A stretch of DNA of 63,632 nucleotides, the filler included, from Welwitschia mirabilis (Eukaryota): NCBI GenBank assembly GCA_051453625.1. It is 5 parts of one record of this genome, joined end to end, with 100 filler letters (N's around TTAATTAATTAA, not from the genome) between each part and the next. Parts side by side here need not be neighbours in the genome. Positions count along the whole stretch, not along the records: positions 22,045 to 39,715 come from JBOZIK010000001.1; positions 39,816 to 56,218 come from JBOZIK010000001.1; 3 more parts are not named here. One strand, 5' to 3'. Positions 28,459 to 42,047 of this stretch are shown in pieces. A model generated the notes under the pieces. The model saw nothing but the letters and a program-made list of their open reading frames with translations, had not been told where the DNA came from and made no database searches. Within the stretch, counting starts at the first letter, position 1; the number at the start of each line of letters is the position of its first letter. Position numbers and translations under genes: made by a program.

Positions 28459-29790
28459 GGTGCATCCTCTTTTCAAACCCACACATGCTCTATTGCTACC
28501 CAAGTAGCAGAATAATGGGAGCGAGAGGCTATTCTGTAGGAGCAAAGGGATATCCTTACTTCTACAATTTACCAGAGGGAGATGCATTTTGGTGATTATA
28601 TTTAGAGGCTTGAGCCTGACTTAGACCACATACTATAGGAGCTTGGTATTCGAGGCTGGTTATTACATATTCATAGCTCTTACTATGAGGTGGAGATTAT
28701 TCAGTTTTACTAGACCTTTGAGGTTATCTTAGCCACCAGAGAGGATAACTCACATTATGACTAGATCAGAGCCACTATAGGAGGATTTCACATATATATT
28801 AAGTCACAGCACCTTGCAGTAGTCACAGGAGTTCCCAAAAATGGGGAGAGGATTGATCCTAGTAGGAGTAAGTCAAAGAGATAAATCTATGTCGTCCAGC
28901 TAGAGTTACCATATCATGTAGGTGATGATCGATGAGGGGTCATTATGACATATTTGCCTTCATATTACCAAATCCTATTCTAACCCATTATCCATAACAT
29001 AGCTCTAGTTCATCATGAATTACATGCTATGATTGCCCATCTTTATATTTTAGCCCTTATTCATCATGTAAAGAGGATGAACTTAGCCATCTTCATTTGG
29101 CATTGATTAAGATGGATGAGTACCTAGTACTAATTTTTTACCATCACCTATTCCTGTCTACTAAGTACTTTCTTTTGACAATTTGAGACTCTCATTCCAG
29201 TAGAGACTCCTCACTTAGTTCATATCATAACTGATAATACTTATTTTAAGTAACTAGGAATAGAGATACCTAACATGGCTCTGCCAGCTCCTGGTGAGGC
29301 ACCTCCGACATAGTCACCCTCCCCTAGATAGCCTTAACCAGTTGGAGGCATTACCCTAGATTTATTTACTACATTATTAGGAGGAATGGAGTAGAGGTTA
29401 TTTCCATAGATAGAGGATTTTTATGGCACCATTACCACACAACTTGTTAGTTGGAGGCATACATTCACATTATAGAGGAGCAGGATCGAGATACCTTGGA
29501 GAAAGTGATCGATATTCAGTAGAATACTTCAGTGGACATCCTTGAGGTGGTCTATGTTCATCATAATGTGACCACANNNNNNNNNNNNNNNNNNNNNNNN
29601 NNNNNNNNNNNNNNNNNNNNNNNNNNNNNNNNNNNNNNNNNNNNNNNNNNNNNNNNNNNNNNNNNNNNNNNNNNNNCTCGTTACCTTTCAGATATTGAGA
29701 AGCCTATCATTGAGCCATCTATGGAGACATGTGGCAGGAGAGACATTGGCATGGAGGTTAAGTTTTGGTCCTCTCCACATAGGGATTCAT
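28459..29790 (+). pseudogene. Athila-type extra 3' ORF (env-like / plant transposon protein) remnant
   Basis: GC-richer. One frame reads ELGIRGWL..SYYEVEIIQFY*TF..IRATIGGFHIYIKSQHLAVVTGVPKNG; further on IIHNIA..LYILALIHHVKRMNLAIFIW. Stops are mostly TAG/TAA. Lies downstream of pol, where Athila elements carry this ORF. Confidence 0.7.
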
Positions 29791-30096
29791 GATTATTAAT
29801 GTAGTTATGAGTTTTATAAAAACTATGTTTCTTTCATATCATTGTACTTATGCATATTGTTTTTGGAATTGGTAATTGATACTTATATAATGATGATGAC
29901 TTTCTTTTATCTTAAATTATCAGTTTATCTAGACCTGTAATGTAATTTTTAATTTGATTTTAAGGTTTTATTTCCCTAGTAATTTGGCATTGCAAANNNN
30001 NNNNNNNNNNNNNNNNNNNNNNNNNNNNNNNNNNNNNNNNNNNNNNNNNNNNNNNNNNNNNNNNNNNNNNNNNNNNNNNNNNNNNNNNNNNNNNNN

Positions 30097-31967
30097 AATC
30101 AATTTCTAAATGATCAAAATCAAGTTAAAATCCATTAAAAACATTTAAATTATCTACTTCCAGTTGATTATTAAACGAAGTGGGTTTGTGAAGCATTAAC
30201 CACCTCTCTTTAAAGAGATGGTGCCATAAAAATAAAGTTGGCTTTATTTCTTATTTCACACTCAAATCATTTCCTAAATATTTTTCAGCTGTATTAAACA
30301 CTCTTATTAAAAACTTCTCATTTATTAAATAACACTCCATAAAACTTGTTCTTATATCTACAATATAGTGAACTATTGCACAAAAATCTATACCTAGAAG
30401 TAAAGGATAACTAGTGCTATTTTTGACTTCTATCACAACAACATCAATGGGGTAGAATGTTTCTTCAATTTAAATGACTAAGTTTTTAATCACATCTAAA
30501 GATTTCTTAATAGATGTATCCATCTATTCTAAGATAATCCTTTAGGATCTATTCTATTTTCCAATCTAATTCATTAACAAATGTGCAAGGTCATAATATT
30601 AACACTAGCTTTAATATTAATTAAAGATTTCTTAATCCTTCTATTTCCCTCTAAGGTGATACTAATAATTACTGCCCTTGGATCTTTAAACTTTAGAAAT
30701 TTCTATAAAACTAAGTTGTTAATTGATTATGCTAGAAAGACTTTACTAGGGATGATTCATTTTTGTTTCTTTCTACTTAGATCTTTTCACAACTTAGAAT
30801 ACTTATGTTTTCTTAGAAAAGTTTTCAAAATGGTAAATTAATACTTACATTTTTGCATTAGGTCTTTAAGATATTCATCAAAGATAGTATTTATGTTCAA
30901 TCTATCAAGCCAAGGGGTAGCAGGTTTTTTATGAGAATAATTTTTCCTTTTATTACTTAAAGGAGAGGGGAAGGATGATTTTCTAAAATTTCTATATCCT
31001 CTTATTCATCATTTTTATCACTTTGAGATGTTAAAGCCTTATGGGTAGGAGGTGTTATGTTATTTTTACTTCTTTTCACCACCTTATAATATTTCTTAAC
31101 TTTTTTTAGATTTAGCAAAGGTTGAGTGGTAAGTAACCCTTGTAGTCTTTAGTTAGTAAGCATTGTTTATTACAAAATGCTTACAAAATTTTGAATGGTA
31201 AAATTTGTTTTTTGTTGTGTTTTTCTTAATTCATCAATGGAATTTCTAAGTGGATCACCTTGGTTTTATGAGTTGGATAAGATTTCTTAATTATTTAAGT
31301 TTTTTATTAGAAATTTATATTCTTAAATATATTTTAAATGATTGAAAGTTAGGATGATTTGTTTGAAAATTTTTAAAATTAGGTTATCCATTCATCCTAA
31401 GTTGAAAATTGTTGTGATTTTGGATTTGACTTTGGTTTTGGTTTTAATTGAAGTTTGAAGACCATTGGTTGAAGGAAACACTTCTTCATAGACTCTTTTT
31501 TTACATGTTGGAAGTAAAAGGCACTCTTTCATAACATAATAGTTATCTTTTCATAAATCACAAGTTGGGGTTAAAGCTACACTCTTCTATATTGCTACCT
31601 TTGCATCTAAAATCATCTGCATGTATTTTTCTCAAGTTAAGGTAAAATCCTTAATAATATTTGTTGAATTATTTTCAGTTTTTATTTCTTCTTTTTCTTT
31701 CTTAAACTCTTTAAGATCTTTAATGATTTGATCTATAGTTTGATTTTCTCTAAATAAGAATTTAGACCAAGTTCGACTTATTTCTACTAACTCTTCTAAT
31801 ACTTTTTAAGCATTTTCTAAAGTAAGGTTCAACAAATTTCCTTTACATGAAAAATAAACTAGTTACTTTGTTTAACTATTGAGTTCACTATAAAAGTACT
31901 CTACCAATTCTTCTTAAGAAAAAGCATTAACAGGATTTAAATGTAAAGTAAAAAAAATCTCTCATAC
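30097..31967 (-). pseudogene. Minus-strand gypsy gag-protease fragment (element C)
   Basis: ELVEYFYSEL, KFKDPR, SLINIKASVNIM, FYPIDVVVIEV..SYPLLLG..FC. Homologous to 54549-56036 and to the gag of B. Confidence 0.85.
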
Positions 31968-33169
31968 TATTGTGATCCCAAATTATCATGTTTTAATAGT
32001 GTAATTGGCAATGTTTTATAGGGAACAGGAACTCAATTTAGTCATTTTTAGGCATTTTGTCATGAACTGATCTAACAATCCAATTATGACCTTAAGTGCC
32101 ATATTTTCATCTAGAAAAACAAGAATTTAACTAAAGAAAAAAGTGGAGCAAAAAGTAGAGAAAAAGCCTAACAAAATGACTATTGCCCCTGTTATCATCC
32201 CCATGACATAGGGCATGACCACAAGGTTAAAGGAATTTAAAGGAGGATTATGGAGATTGGCTTGATGAGGCTAATGTAGCAAGTTGACATGGCTATCGTG
32301 GCCTGTGTCATCCTCATGACATGAGAGACAACATATCCATTAAGTTTTAAATTCAAATTTCAATGAGTTTTTGATGTGCGAGCTATGATTGGAAGATGAA
32401 GGGGTGTCATGTCACATGTTGTCCCCACGATGATAGTAACACGATAGTGCCATAACTTCTTCTTAACCAAGTTAATTAAGGTCTAGTTTATTCCTAATAA
32501 AGTCTCTTTGCCTGTACTAATCTTTCTAACCCGTAACCACCTTAGGAAAGCTATAAAAATCTATAAAAAGCTCCATTTGACATCTTTTAGTCATATTTTT
32601 GGCATTGGAGGATTTTTGACAAAGGAATCCAAGGAGCCAAGGGTCCATTTCAGCATAAGAGAGGTTGTTTATGATGATTAAGCTATGCTTTTAAATTGAG
32701 AAGTTACTACCTTACTGAGGTATTTGTAAGACATTCAGTTTATTTAATAAAACATCTTTCCTCTTCAATTCTTATGATTTCTCTTATGGTTTGTGTTGAA
32801 TTTAATTAATGCTATTTTTTATATTAATTCTAAATTAAACATAGGTCATAAGAGTTGAGTTGAGTAATAATAACTTAGAAATTTGATTATCATAGGCTTG
32901 CATTTCATATCTCTTTTATTTTTGCATGTGCATTAGAATAGTTGCATTTTCAATTTCCCTTTTTGCATTATAAAAACACAAAATTGATTAAAAACATTGG
33001 ATTGAAATCAAAGTATTTATTCTTCTTTATTTATATGCTTCATTAGAATGTTATCTTATGCTCTCTAGATTATGACATTTATTGGTTGAATCACTCTATA
33101 CTAAGCCTAGTTGCAATTTCATTATTTCAATAATTAACTATTTTTAAAGTGTAATTTAGGCCACAAACA
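31968..33169 (+). repeat. Family B LTR, gap-free, ~1.2 kb, with no upstream PPT
   Basis: tattgtgatc...ggccacaaaCA; colinear with 16934-18638. Confidence 0.9.
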
Positions 33170-33773
33170 ACTGCTTTATAACATAGATGTTGGTTTGATT
33201 CTAATCAAAACTCTATTTTTCTTTTGATATCTTTATGTTGTGCATGTTTCTTATGGTTTATGTTGCTTCTAATTTTATGGTATCTTTTTTAATAATATAG
33301 ATCATAAGGGAAACCTTTATTAAGATTGATATTATTAGTTTCAAGTATTATATCTCCTTTTCTAAATTAACTTTGCATTATTTTCATATTCTATTTGATG
33401 TACCTAATAGCTTAGGTTGATCTTAATTTGGTAATGACTTTTATTGGTTGATCTAGATTATATAAGGATGACCTATGTGATAAGTTGATTTGGTAATGGA
33501 ACGAAAGTTGCATTTAGTTTATCCTTGCACTTCATTTACATAGAGTATTTGCATTAGTACTTCTGCATTATTATTTCATTCTACTTTTAAGAATACTTAC
33601 TGTTTCATTTCTGAAATTGGTTCTCTTTCTTCTTATTTATACCTTTAATAAGAACATGACATTTGGGTTACTTCCATCTATATTAGTGTATTGTGTTATG
33701 TAAAATTTACATATATTTATGTTGATAGGATCTATTTAAAAATGTAACATTTACACAAATATGCATCAAAACA
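33170..33773 (+). repeat. Family A LTR, copy A2, right part, followed by a decayed PBS and leader
   Basis: Colinear with 13339-13937. Downstream 33790-34200 is colinear with the A1 leader at 13958-14420. Confidence 0.8.
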
Positions 33774-34199
33774 TCTTAGAGTGATTACTAAGGAAGGTCA
33801 TAAGAAGTTTAAGGATTGTCATTACCTAGATAAGTGCTTTAGATTTCCATTCAAGTATTTTTTTGTAGTAGCATTGTATTTTTATTGTAATTATCACAGT
33901 TTTTTTCTTTCTTTTTTTTTTCGCATTTTTCATTTTTTAATTTGCATTTTTTAATGCTATTATCCTATATATCTTTAAAAAAACACAAGCGGACAACAAC
34001 CTAGGGTTAGATTTTTCAATTATTTTTTTCCTACAGATTTGTCTTTGATTTTTCATCATGTAATAAGTTGATATCATCGACTCTATCATCTGAATGACAT
34101 AGGAAGACAACTAAAGTAGGTTTCTATTCTAGTTTTTAATAATTCTATTTTCCATTTTTCTTATTCAAGAAATCATCCAAACAACACATGAGACAACAA

Positions 34200-37100
34200 A
34201 TAGACAAACATTTTGCTAAGAATGTAGGAATCTGATAAAATTTGATGACAAGTTGAAATATGTAAGTGAGTAAAGCTTAATCAGAAAAATATCAAAAAAT
34301 GCGTACTCAATAAAAAATAAAATATAGGTATGCATATCCAAGGTACATAATTTTCAAAGATGTAAAGAAACTTTTTTTTCGCTTTTGTGATTCTAGAACG
34401 AAATTTTTTCAAATAGCAATGGTGAAAACAATAAAAATAGAAGAAAAATCATTTTATTCCCTTCTTATTAATGAGTAGCATCGCTTAATACAAACATGAT
34501 GAAACCTTTTAGTTTAAATGCAAACATGACCATAGAAGAGATAATTGCTAAAAGAAGATGTGAAAGACAAAAATGTTATAACTTTTCTTCTAATGATGAT
34601 CTAAAACTTAAAACCAAGAATTCTTCTTATTCATATTTCCCCTTTATTATTAAGAATAATGATAAAAGACCACTATGTGAAATACTGATTAAAATGAAAG
34701 CTAAAAAAAGAAGGAAAAAAACATAACAAGTCTAAGAACAATGAAAATAGAATGCTTAAAGAAATATTTCAAGAAAAACTTTGGGGACCTTCAAATGATT
34801 TTGAGACTAAGACCCCTTCATCTTTCCAAAATTATTATTTTTTTCCTTCGGTTTTAAATTTCAAATGAAAATGATAATGATAACTTGCAATATTTTAAGG
34901 ATTTCACCTCATCTAGTGAAACATCCTATAATAATTTTAGTGAATTCCAATCATCTTTTATGAGTTATTATAAAGAGAAACCATCTTATAAGAGCTATTA
35001 TGAAGAACAACCATCTTTTATAGATTAGTATGAAGAACAACCATCTTCCATCCATTATCATAAAGAAGAAGATTCATTTACCACAAGTTACTATGAAGAA
35101 AGAAATAACTCAATAACAAAAATGCTTAAGAAAATAAAAATGAAGAAAAAAAATATCAATAGTAACTTAGAAAATTTGATTAGACTATTTCAACAAAAGT
35201 TATTACAAATTCAATAATCTTAAGGTCCTTTATACAACAAACCTATCCTGCTACATTTCACTTTAATAAATATGAGGAGAACTTTGAAATAGAAAATAAT
35301 AATAATTCTTACTTTAACATAGAAAATGAAGGTATGGATCAATCTACAACATCAAACTTATTGGAATATGAATAACAAACAAAAATTAATAATGATTCAA
35401 CTTCAGTATTTGACAATAAGGATGAAGCTAATTATTTCTTAGATGATGAGCCTGGTTATAACCCCATTCAATTCCTATTAGCAAATAAAGGTAAAATAAA
35501 AGAATTAACTCATAAGAAATCTAAAAATTCTTTAAACCATAATAAACACAATGATCACATTTCTCCTTCTAATGAATCTAATGGATTAGAAAATAATAAC
35601 ATGCAACAAGATAATGAGAATCGTGAGAAGAAGATGATGATATTGAAATATTAGATCATATCCCTATATTTCACTTAGTTTGTGATGAAGATGAAAGAGT
35701 TAAACCTTTAAAAGAACTTTAATGTATGATATTAAGGAAGAATTTAAGTAATAAAAAAAAATGAAAAATTTACATTATAAAAAGAGTTATCCAGTACTAT
35801 CTTTTAGATAATATTCCAGTACAATAGTAAATACAGCACCTCAATAATAGAAAATAAGGATTATAGTTTAGAATTAATAGAATTACTTAATAGAGAGGAG
35901 GAAAATTCAAGTTAGAAAATATCAGAAAATCTTCCATTACACAATGAGAACTTTTCTTTTTATAATCTTTTTAATGATATTTTTGAGGAATTCACCCACT
36001 TAGAATACAATGAAGAAAGTAAAGAGAGCATTCAATCAAGTAATGATGAAGTTAATAATTAGAAAGATAGGAATAAAAGAGAATTAATTGAAAATAAAAC
36101 AAAATTAATGAAGAAAATAAACCAACTTAACGATTTTACTCATGTTTCTCCGTTACCTTCATTTGTACTTTCATGAAAAACCTTGAATCACATTCCTACA
36201 TTACCGTGTAATCCTGATAATGATAACCTTTCTCCCTCTCTCCCATTTGAAGATTAAAGTAATTCTTCAAATCACATACATCTTCTTGAATTTAATGAAA
36301 CACATCACTTTGAGGAGTCTAATCCAAAAATATTCATCCAAAAATCTCTCAATCTTTTTCTTTTAAAACTTTATATGCTACCAAATGTAACATCGTTTCC
36401 TCTTTTATAAAGTCAACTCTACCATATGCTTTTAAAGATTATTCTTTTTAAAAATAAGTATTGGGATATTCTATAACTCTAACTTGGGGTAAACCTTATC
36501 TTCTAGATCCAAATATAGGCTTAGAATTAAATGTTAAGGAGCTTCTTAAGTATGTTAAATGTCTTTTAATTACTCACTTAAGAAGTTTATTTTAAAGCCT
36601 TGGATTTTAAATACTACCATTAATGTCTTTCATGTTCAATATTAAGATTTAAATGAAATATATGTTTCAANNNNNNNNNNNNNNNNNNNNNNNNNNNNNN
36701 NNNNNNNNNNNNNNNNNNNNNNNNNNNNNNNNNNNNNNNNNNNNNNNNNNNNNNNNNNNNNNNNNNNNNNTTCATTCTTTTTATACACTTCTAAGAATAA
36801 TGATAATAGATCACTTTGAGAAATATTAATTAACATGAGAGCTAAAGAAATAAGGAAAAAATATAGAAGTTCTAATAATAATGAAAATAAAACACTTAGA
36901 GAAATATTTTACGAACAATTTTGAGAAACTTCAAATGATGTTGAGACTAGACCCCTTCCTCTTTTCAAAGTTTTTATATTTCCCCTCTTTCTTTTCAAAC
37001 TTCAAATAAAAATGACAATGATGATTTATAGTATTTTAGTAATTTTACCTCATCTAGTGAAATGTATTACAATTACTTTAGTAAATTCCAACCATCTCCC

Positions 37101-39715
37101 ATGAGTCATTATGAACAATAAACATATTTCATGAGCTATTACAAAGAGCAAACATCTCCCATCCATTATCATAAATAAAAAGATCGATCTACTATAAGTT
37201 ACTATAAAAAAATAACTTAGTAATAGAAATGATCAAGAAAATAAAAATGAGTAAATAAAATATCAATAAAAACTTAGAAATTTTGATTGGAATGTTTTAG
37301 CAAAATTTATTGCAAATTCAACAATCTCAAGATCTTTTATCTAGATCTATTCTACTACATCGCACCTTAAGAATCATGAGGACAACTTAGAAATAATAAG
37401 TAATAAGAATTCTTGCTTAAACATGGAAAATAAAAATATTGATTAACTTAAAAAATAAAACTTATTAGGATATGGACAACAAAATAAAAACAATAATTAC
37501 TCAACTCCATTATTTGATAATAAGGATGAAGATGACTATTTCTCAAATGATGAGCTAGGTTCTAACTCAATTTAGTTTCTTTTAGAAAAAAATGATGAAA
37601 CAAAAGAATTAATTTATGAAAAATATAAAAAATATTTAATCCATGATAAATATACTAATCTTATTTCTCCTTCTAATGAACCTACTGAATTAAAAAATAA
37701 TAACATGCAACAAAACAACGAGAATGGTAAGGAAGAAGATGATAATGATTATATTAAAATATTAGATCATACTTGTAGTTTTAACTTAGTTTGTAAAGAG
37801 TATGAAAGAGTTTAATATTTAAAAGAATTTTAAATTTATGTAATAAAACAATATTAATGGAGAACTTAAATTATAAAGGGAGTCATCCATCACTATCATC
37901 TAGATGATAATCGAAGATGATAGTCAGTAACAACAACTCAACAAAAAAAATAAGGATTATAATTTGAAATTAATAGGATCATTCAATAGAGAAGAACAAG
38001 AGTTAATTTAGGAAATATTAGAAAATATTCCATTACATAATGATAAATTTTCTTTTCATGACATTTTTAATGATCCTTAATCCAACAACTTAGAAAATTA
38101 AAATAATGCTTAATAAAATAATAATGAGTTTAATAAAGAAGAGAAAAATACAATCAATGATATTGATAAAAACAATAAAGAATAGAAAGATATTATTAAA
38201 GAACATAATAAAAAAGGTAAAGAGAGAACTCAACCAAGTAATGATGAAGTCAACAATCAGGAGAAGATAAATAAAGAAAAAGCAATTAAAAATCAAACAA
38301 ACTTAGTAGAGAATAGAGCTATAGTTTTCAATGAAATAAACCAACTTAAAGAGTCTTCACATGTTTCTTCATCTCTTTCACTTGTACTTCCATGCAAAAC
38401 CTCAAACGACATCCCTCCTTTAACTTCTACTTCTACATTATCTTGTGACTTAAAAATGATAACTTTTCTCTTTCTTTCCTATTTAATATTTAAATAATTC
38501 TTGAAATCACATCCCGTTCCTTGAATTTAATAAAACATGTTATCTTAAGAAGCATACTCCAAAAATATCTCAATCTTTTCCTTTTAAAACTTCATGTGCT
38601 ACAANNNNNNNNNNNNNNNNNNNNNNNNNNNNNNNNNNNNNNNNNNNNNNNNNNNNNNNNNNNNNNNNNNNNNNNNNNNNNNNNNNNNNNNNNNNNNNNN
38701 NNNNNNNNNNNNNNNNNNNNNNNNNNNNNNNNNNNNNNNNNNNNNNNNNNNNNNNNNNNNNNNNNNNNNNNNNNNNNNNNNNNNNNNNNNNNNNNNNNNN
38801 NNNNNNNNNNNNNNNNNNNNNNNNNNNNNNNNNNNNNNNNNNNNNNNNNNNNNNNNNNNNNNNNNNNNNNNNNNNNNNNNNNNNNNNNNNNNNNNNNNNN
38901 NNNNNNNNNNNNNNNNNNNNNNNNNNNNNNNNNNNNNNNNNNNNNNNNNNNNNNNNNNNNNNNNNNNNNNNNNNNNNNNNNNNNNNNNNNNNNNNNNNNN
39001 NNNNNNNNNNNNNNNNNNNNNNNNNNNNNNNNNNNNNNNNNNNNNNNNNNNNNNNNNNNNNNNNNNNNNNNNNNNNNNNNNNNNNNNNNNNNNNNNNNNN
39101 NNNNNNNNNNNNNNNNNNNNNNNNNNNNNNNNNNNNNNNNNNNNNNNNNNNNNNNNNNNNNNNNNNNNNNNNNNNNNNNNNNNNNNNNNNNNNNNNNNNN
39201 NNNNNNNNNNNNNNNNNNNNNNNNNNNNNNNNNNNNNNNNNNNNNNNNNNNNNNNNNNNNNNNNNNNNNNNNNNNNNNNNNNNNNNNNNNNNNNNNNNNN
39301 NNNNNNNNNNNNNNNNNNNNNNNNNNNNNNNNNNNNNNNNNNNNNNNNNNNNAAAATAACGTATTTTCCTCTTTTAGAAAGTCCACTTTACCTTGTGCTT
39401 TTAATAATTACTCTTTTCGAAAACAAGACTTGGGATATCTTGGAACTCTAAGTTGGGGTAAACCTTATCTTCTTAATCCAAATCTATGCTTATAGTTAAA
39501 TGTTAAAGAGCTTTTTAAGTATATTAAACCTATCTTATTCACTTAATCTAAGAAGTTTCTTTTAATGCCTTAGATCACAATTTTTATTTTTTTAAGTTTT
39601 CTTTGGTATTTGCTTTTGATTTTATGATTGTTATGCTTTTTTATTTGGTTTTTACTTTCAGTAAATTAATCTCTAGATGATTTAGTTCTTATCTTTTAGA
39701 GAAAGTACATTTTTA
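34200..39715 (+). mobile_element. Internal region of non-autonomous element A2: two diverged copies of a ~2-kb purine-rich decayed ORF-like unit
   Basis: 34630-36600 is colinear with 36771-39570; both end ttggggtaaaccttatcttct..atccaaat. No pol motifs seen. Confidence 0.6.
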
Positions 39716-39815
39716 NNNNNNNNNNNNNNNNNNNNNNNNNNNNNNNNNNNNNNNNNNNNTTAATTAATTAANNNNNNNNNNNNNNNNNNNNNNNNNNNNN
39801 NNNNNNNNNNNNNNN

Positions 39816-42047
39816 GATGATAGATAGTAGAAAGTTTGAGGTGGATTTCAAATTTTGTTAAATGTTTCTTGAAGACTTCACTAGTGTAATGAGTTCCTTT
39901 ATAGATATGAGGCTTTGAGGGGTTCTAAACTGATAGATAACATTTCCAAGAAAAAGTTAACTACAATTTAGAAAGAATATTTAGACATAGCCTTCGCCTT
40001 AGCCCGTTTAGTGAAGTAATCAATATAAATCAAAATATATCTTTTTCTAAAGCATGAATGATTAATAGATCTGATAAAATATATTCCCTAAACATCAAAA
40101 AATTCAATTAACCAAATAAATTATTATGGCATTTCTAATCTCTAGCTAAATGTGTCTTTACTTTGACACTTATCACAATCTTAAATATAAGCATTTAAAT
40201 CTTTGAATATGGTGGGACAGTAGTTTTCCACATAGAGAATTTTCATCCTTATTCTTCTTGCATTATAATGTTCTCCTCGTCCTCCTTCATGAACTTCCTT
40301 TAAGATCTTACCTTGTAGGTTTTTTACTATATATCTTCTAATAACATGATCTTTGCATTTTCTAAATGACATCTTATCATGCCACATATAATATCTAGAT
40401 TCCCTTAGTAATCTTCTTCTTTTGTAGTAATTCATAAAATATGGTAATTTTTTGCTCACAAAAAAGTTAGCTATGTCAGCATACTATGGATTTGTTTTTA
40501 TCTAAAAAAGATGTTCAACTAGAAACTCATCACTTATATTTATTTTTTTCTTCATTTAAAAATTCTAACCTTGAGAGGTAATCTGCTACTAAATTTTCTA
40601 TCCCTTTCGTATCAATATTTTTAAGTTAAACTCCTACATCAATAGTATCCCTCTCATAGTTTTTGAGTTTGCTTCTTTCTTGTTTAAGAAAAATCTAATA
40701 GCACTATGGTATGTATGAAATTTTACTTTGTAACATAAAATATAATGCTTAAATTTATCTAATAGCACCACCACTACAAACAATACTTTCTCTGTTACTG
40801 TGTAGTTTTTATAATTGGTTTGAAGTTTTTAATAATATACACAATGGCAAATACGTATAAGCCATAATATGAAATAGTTTTGTCTAATCTGATCCTTACA
40901 AACTAGGTGTTGATAAAATTTGATCCTTTAAGGTTTAGTAAGCATTTTGACATTTATCAATATAGCCATATTTCACATCCTTTTGTAAACGATTACTCAA
41001 ACATTTAGCAATTTTATTGAAGTTAGATATGAATCTTCTATAATATTCAATATGTCTTAAGAAATATCTTAATTCTTTTAGCTTGGTTGAGGATGAAATA
41101 TATTTTATAGCTTTAATTTTCTATTTATTAGTTTTAATCCCTTTTTGAGATATCTTATGTCATAGCACTATGTCTTCTGTCACCATAAGATGACTTTTCA
41201 ACTAGCTAATTCTAAGGTGTTTTTCTTTACATCTCTATAAAACTTTTCTAGTCTATTGAATGAATCCCAAAAATCATTTTCAAAAGTTAAAAATCATCCA
41301 TAAATACTTTACTTGATCATCCTATCATATCTTAAAAATGCTATTTACTAATCTTTAAAAAGTAGTGGGAATACTACATAGTCTAAATGGTAATACCTTA
41401 TAAGAATAGGTACCCCAATGACAAGTGAAAGCCATTTTGGCTTGGTCCTCTAAAGTTATAGGGAATTTGTTATAGCCACTATATTCATCCCAAAAATTAT
41501 AGTATTAATATCCAAATACTCTTTCTAAGACTTAATCTATAAATAAAAGGGAAAAATGATCCTTCTAGTTTTCAACATTCAAAAGTCTATACATAATCTT
41601 AATTTATTTCTTTTATTTGATACAACTTTGATAGGACTAATTCATTTTAAATCAGATATAGAATAAATGAATTCCATATCTATCAGTTTAAAATTTTTTG
41701 ATTTAATTACTTATTGAATTTATGGGTTACATTTTCTTTCTAATTACCTACTCTCTTTGACAGAGGTATTTAAATAAATCTTATGTTAACATATTTTTGG
41801 ATCTATTCTTTTAAGCAAAAGATCCCTTCATTTTTTCCAACATCCTTTTAAGTTTTATATTTTAAAAATGAGTTAAATAACTATTTATGATTACAAATCT
41901 ATTTAGAGGTACTTTGATATACTCTAATTCTTTATTAGGTAGAGGCTTTTCTATTTCTTGAGTTGTTAAATTTTCCTCCTCATAGGTTTCTTCATTTTAT
42001 TTATTTAACATCATACTAACTTCCTATGTTAGAATTGCGTTGATTCT
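39816..42047 (-). pseudogene. Minus-strand gypsy pol remnant (RT, RNase H, integrase; element E)
   Basis: KVFMDDF (~41291-41310), SGYNK, WGTYSY..LPFRL, NYTVTEK, ENLVADYLSRLE, ILKEVHEG..G.HY. Confidence 0.9.

Larger units (their letters stand above)
16934..33169 (+). mobile_element. Athila-like Ty3/gypsy element B (LTR, PBS, gag, pol, env-like ORF, LTR) nested in LTR A2
   Basis: Homologous LTRs at both ends, flanked by actac (16929-16933) and actgc (33170-33174), a 5-bp TSD with one transition. RT-RH-INT order. Spans many gaps and one synthetic linker. Confidence 0.75.

Noticed and set aside
34946-35070. CRISPR-like array from ~30-bp periodicity (also considered for the LTR motif arrays)
   Set aside because: Units are contiguous and degenerate with no unique spacers or cas genes, and the context is a eukaryotic transposon.
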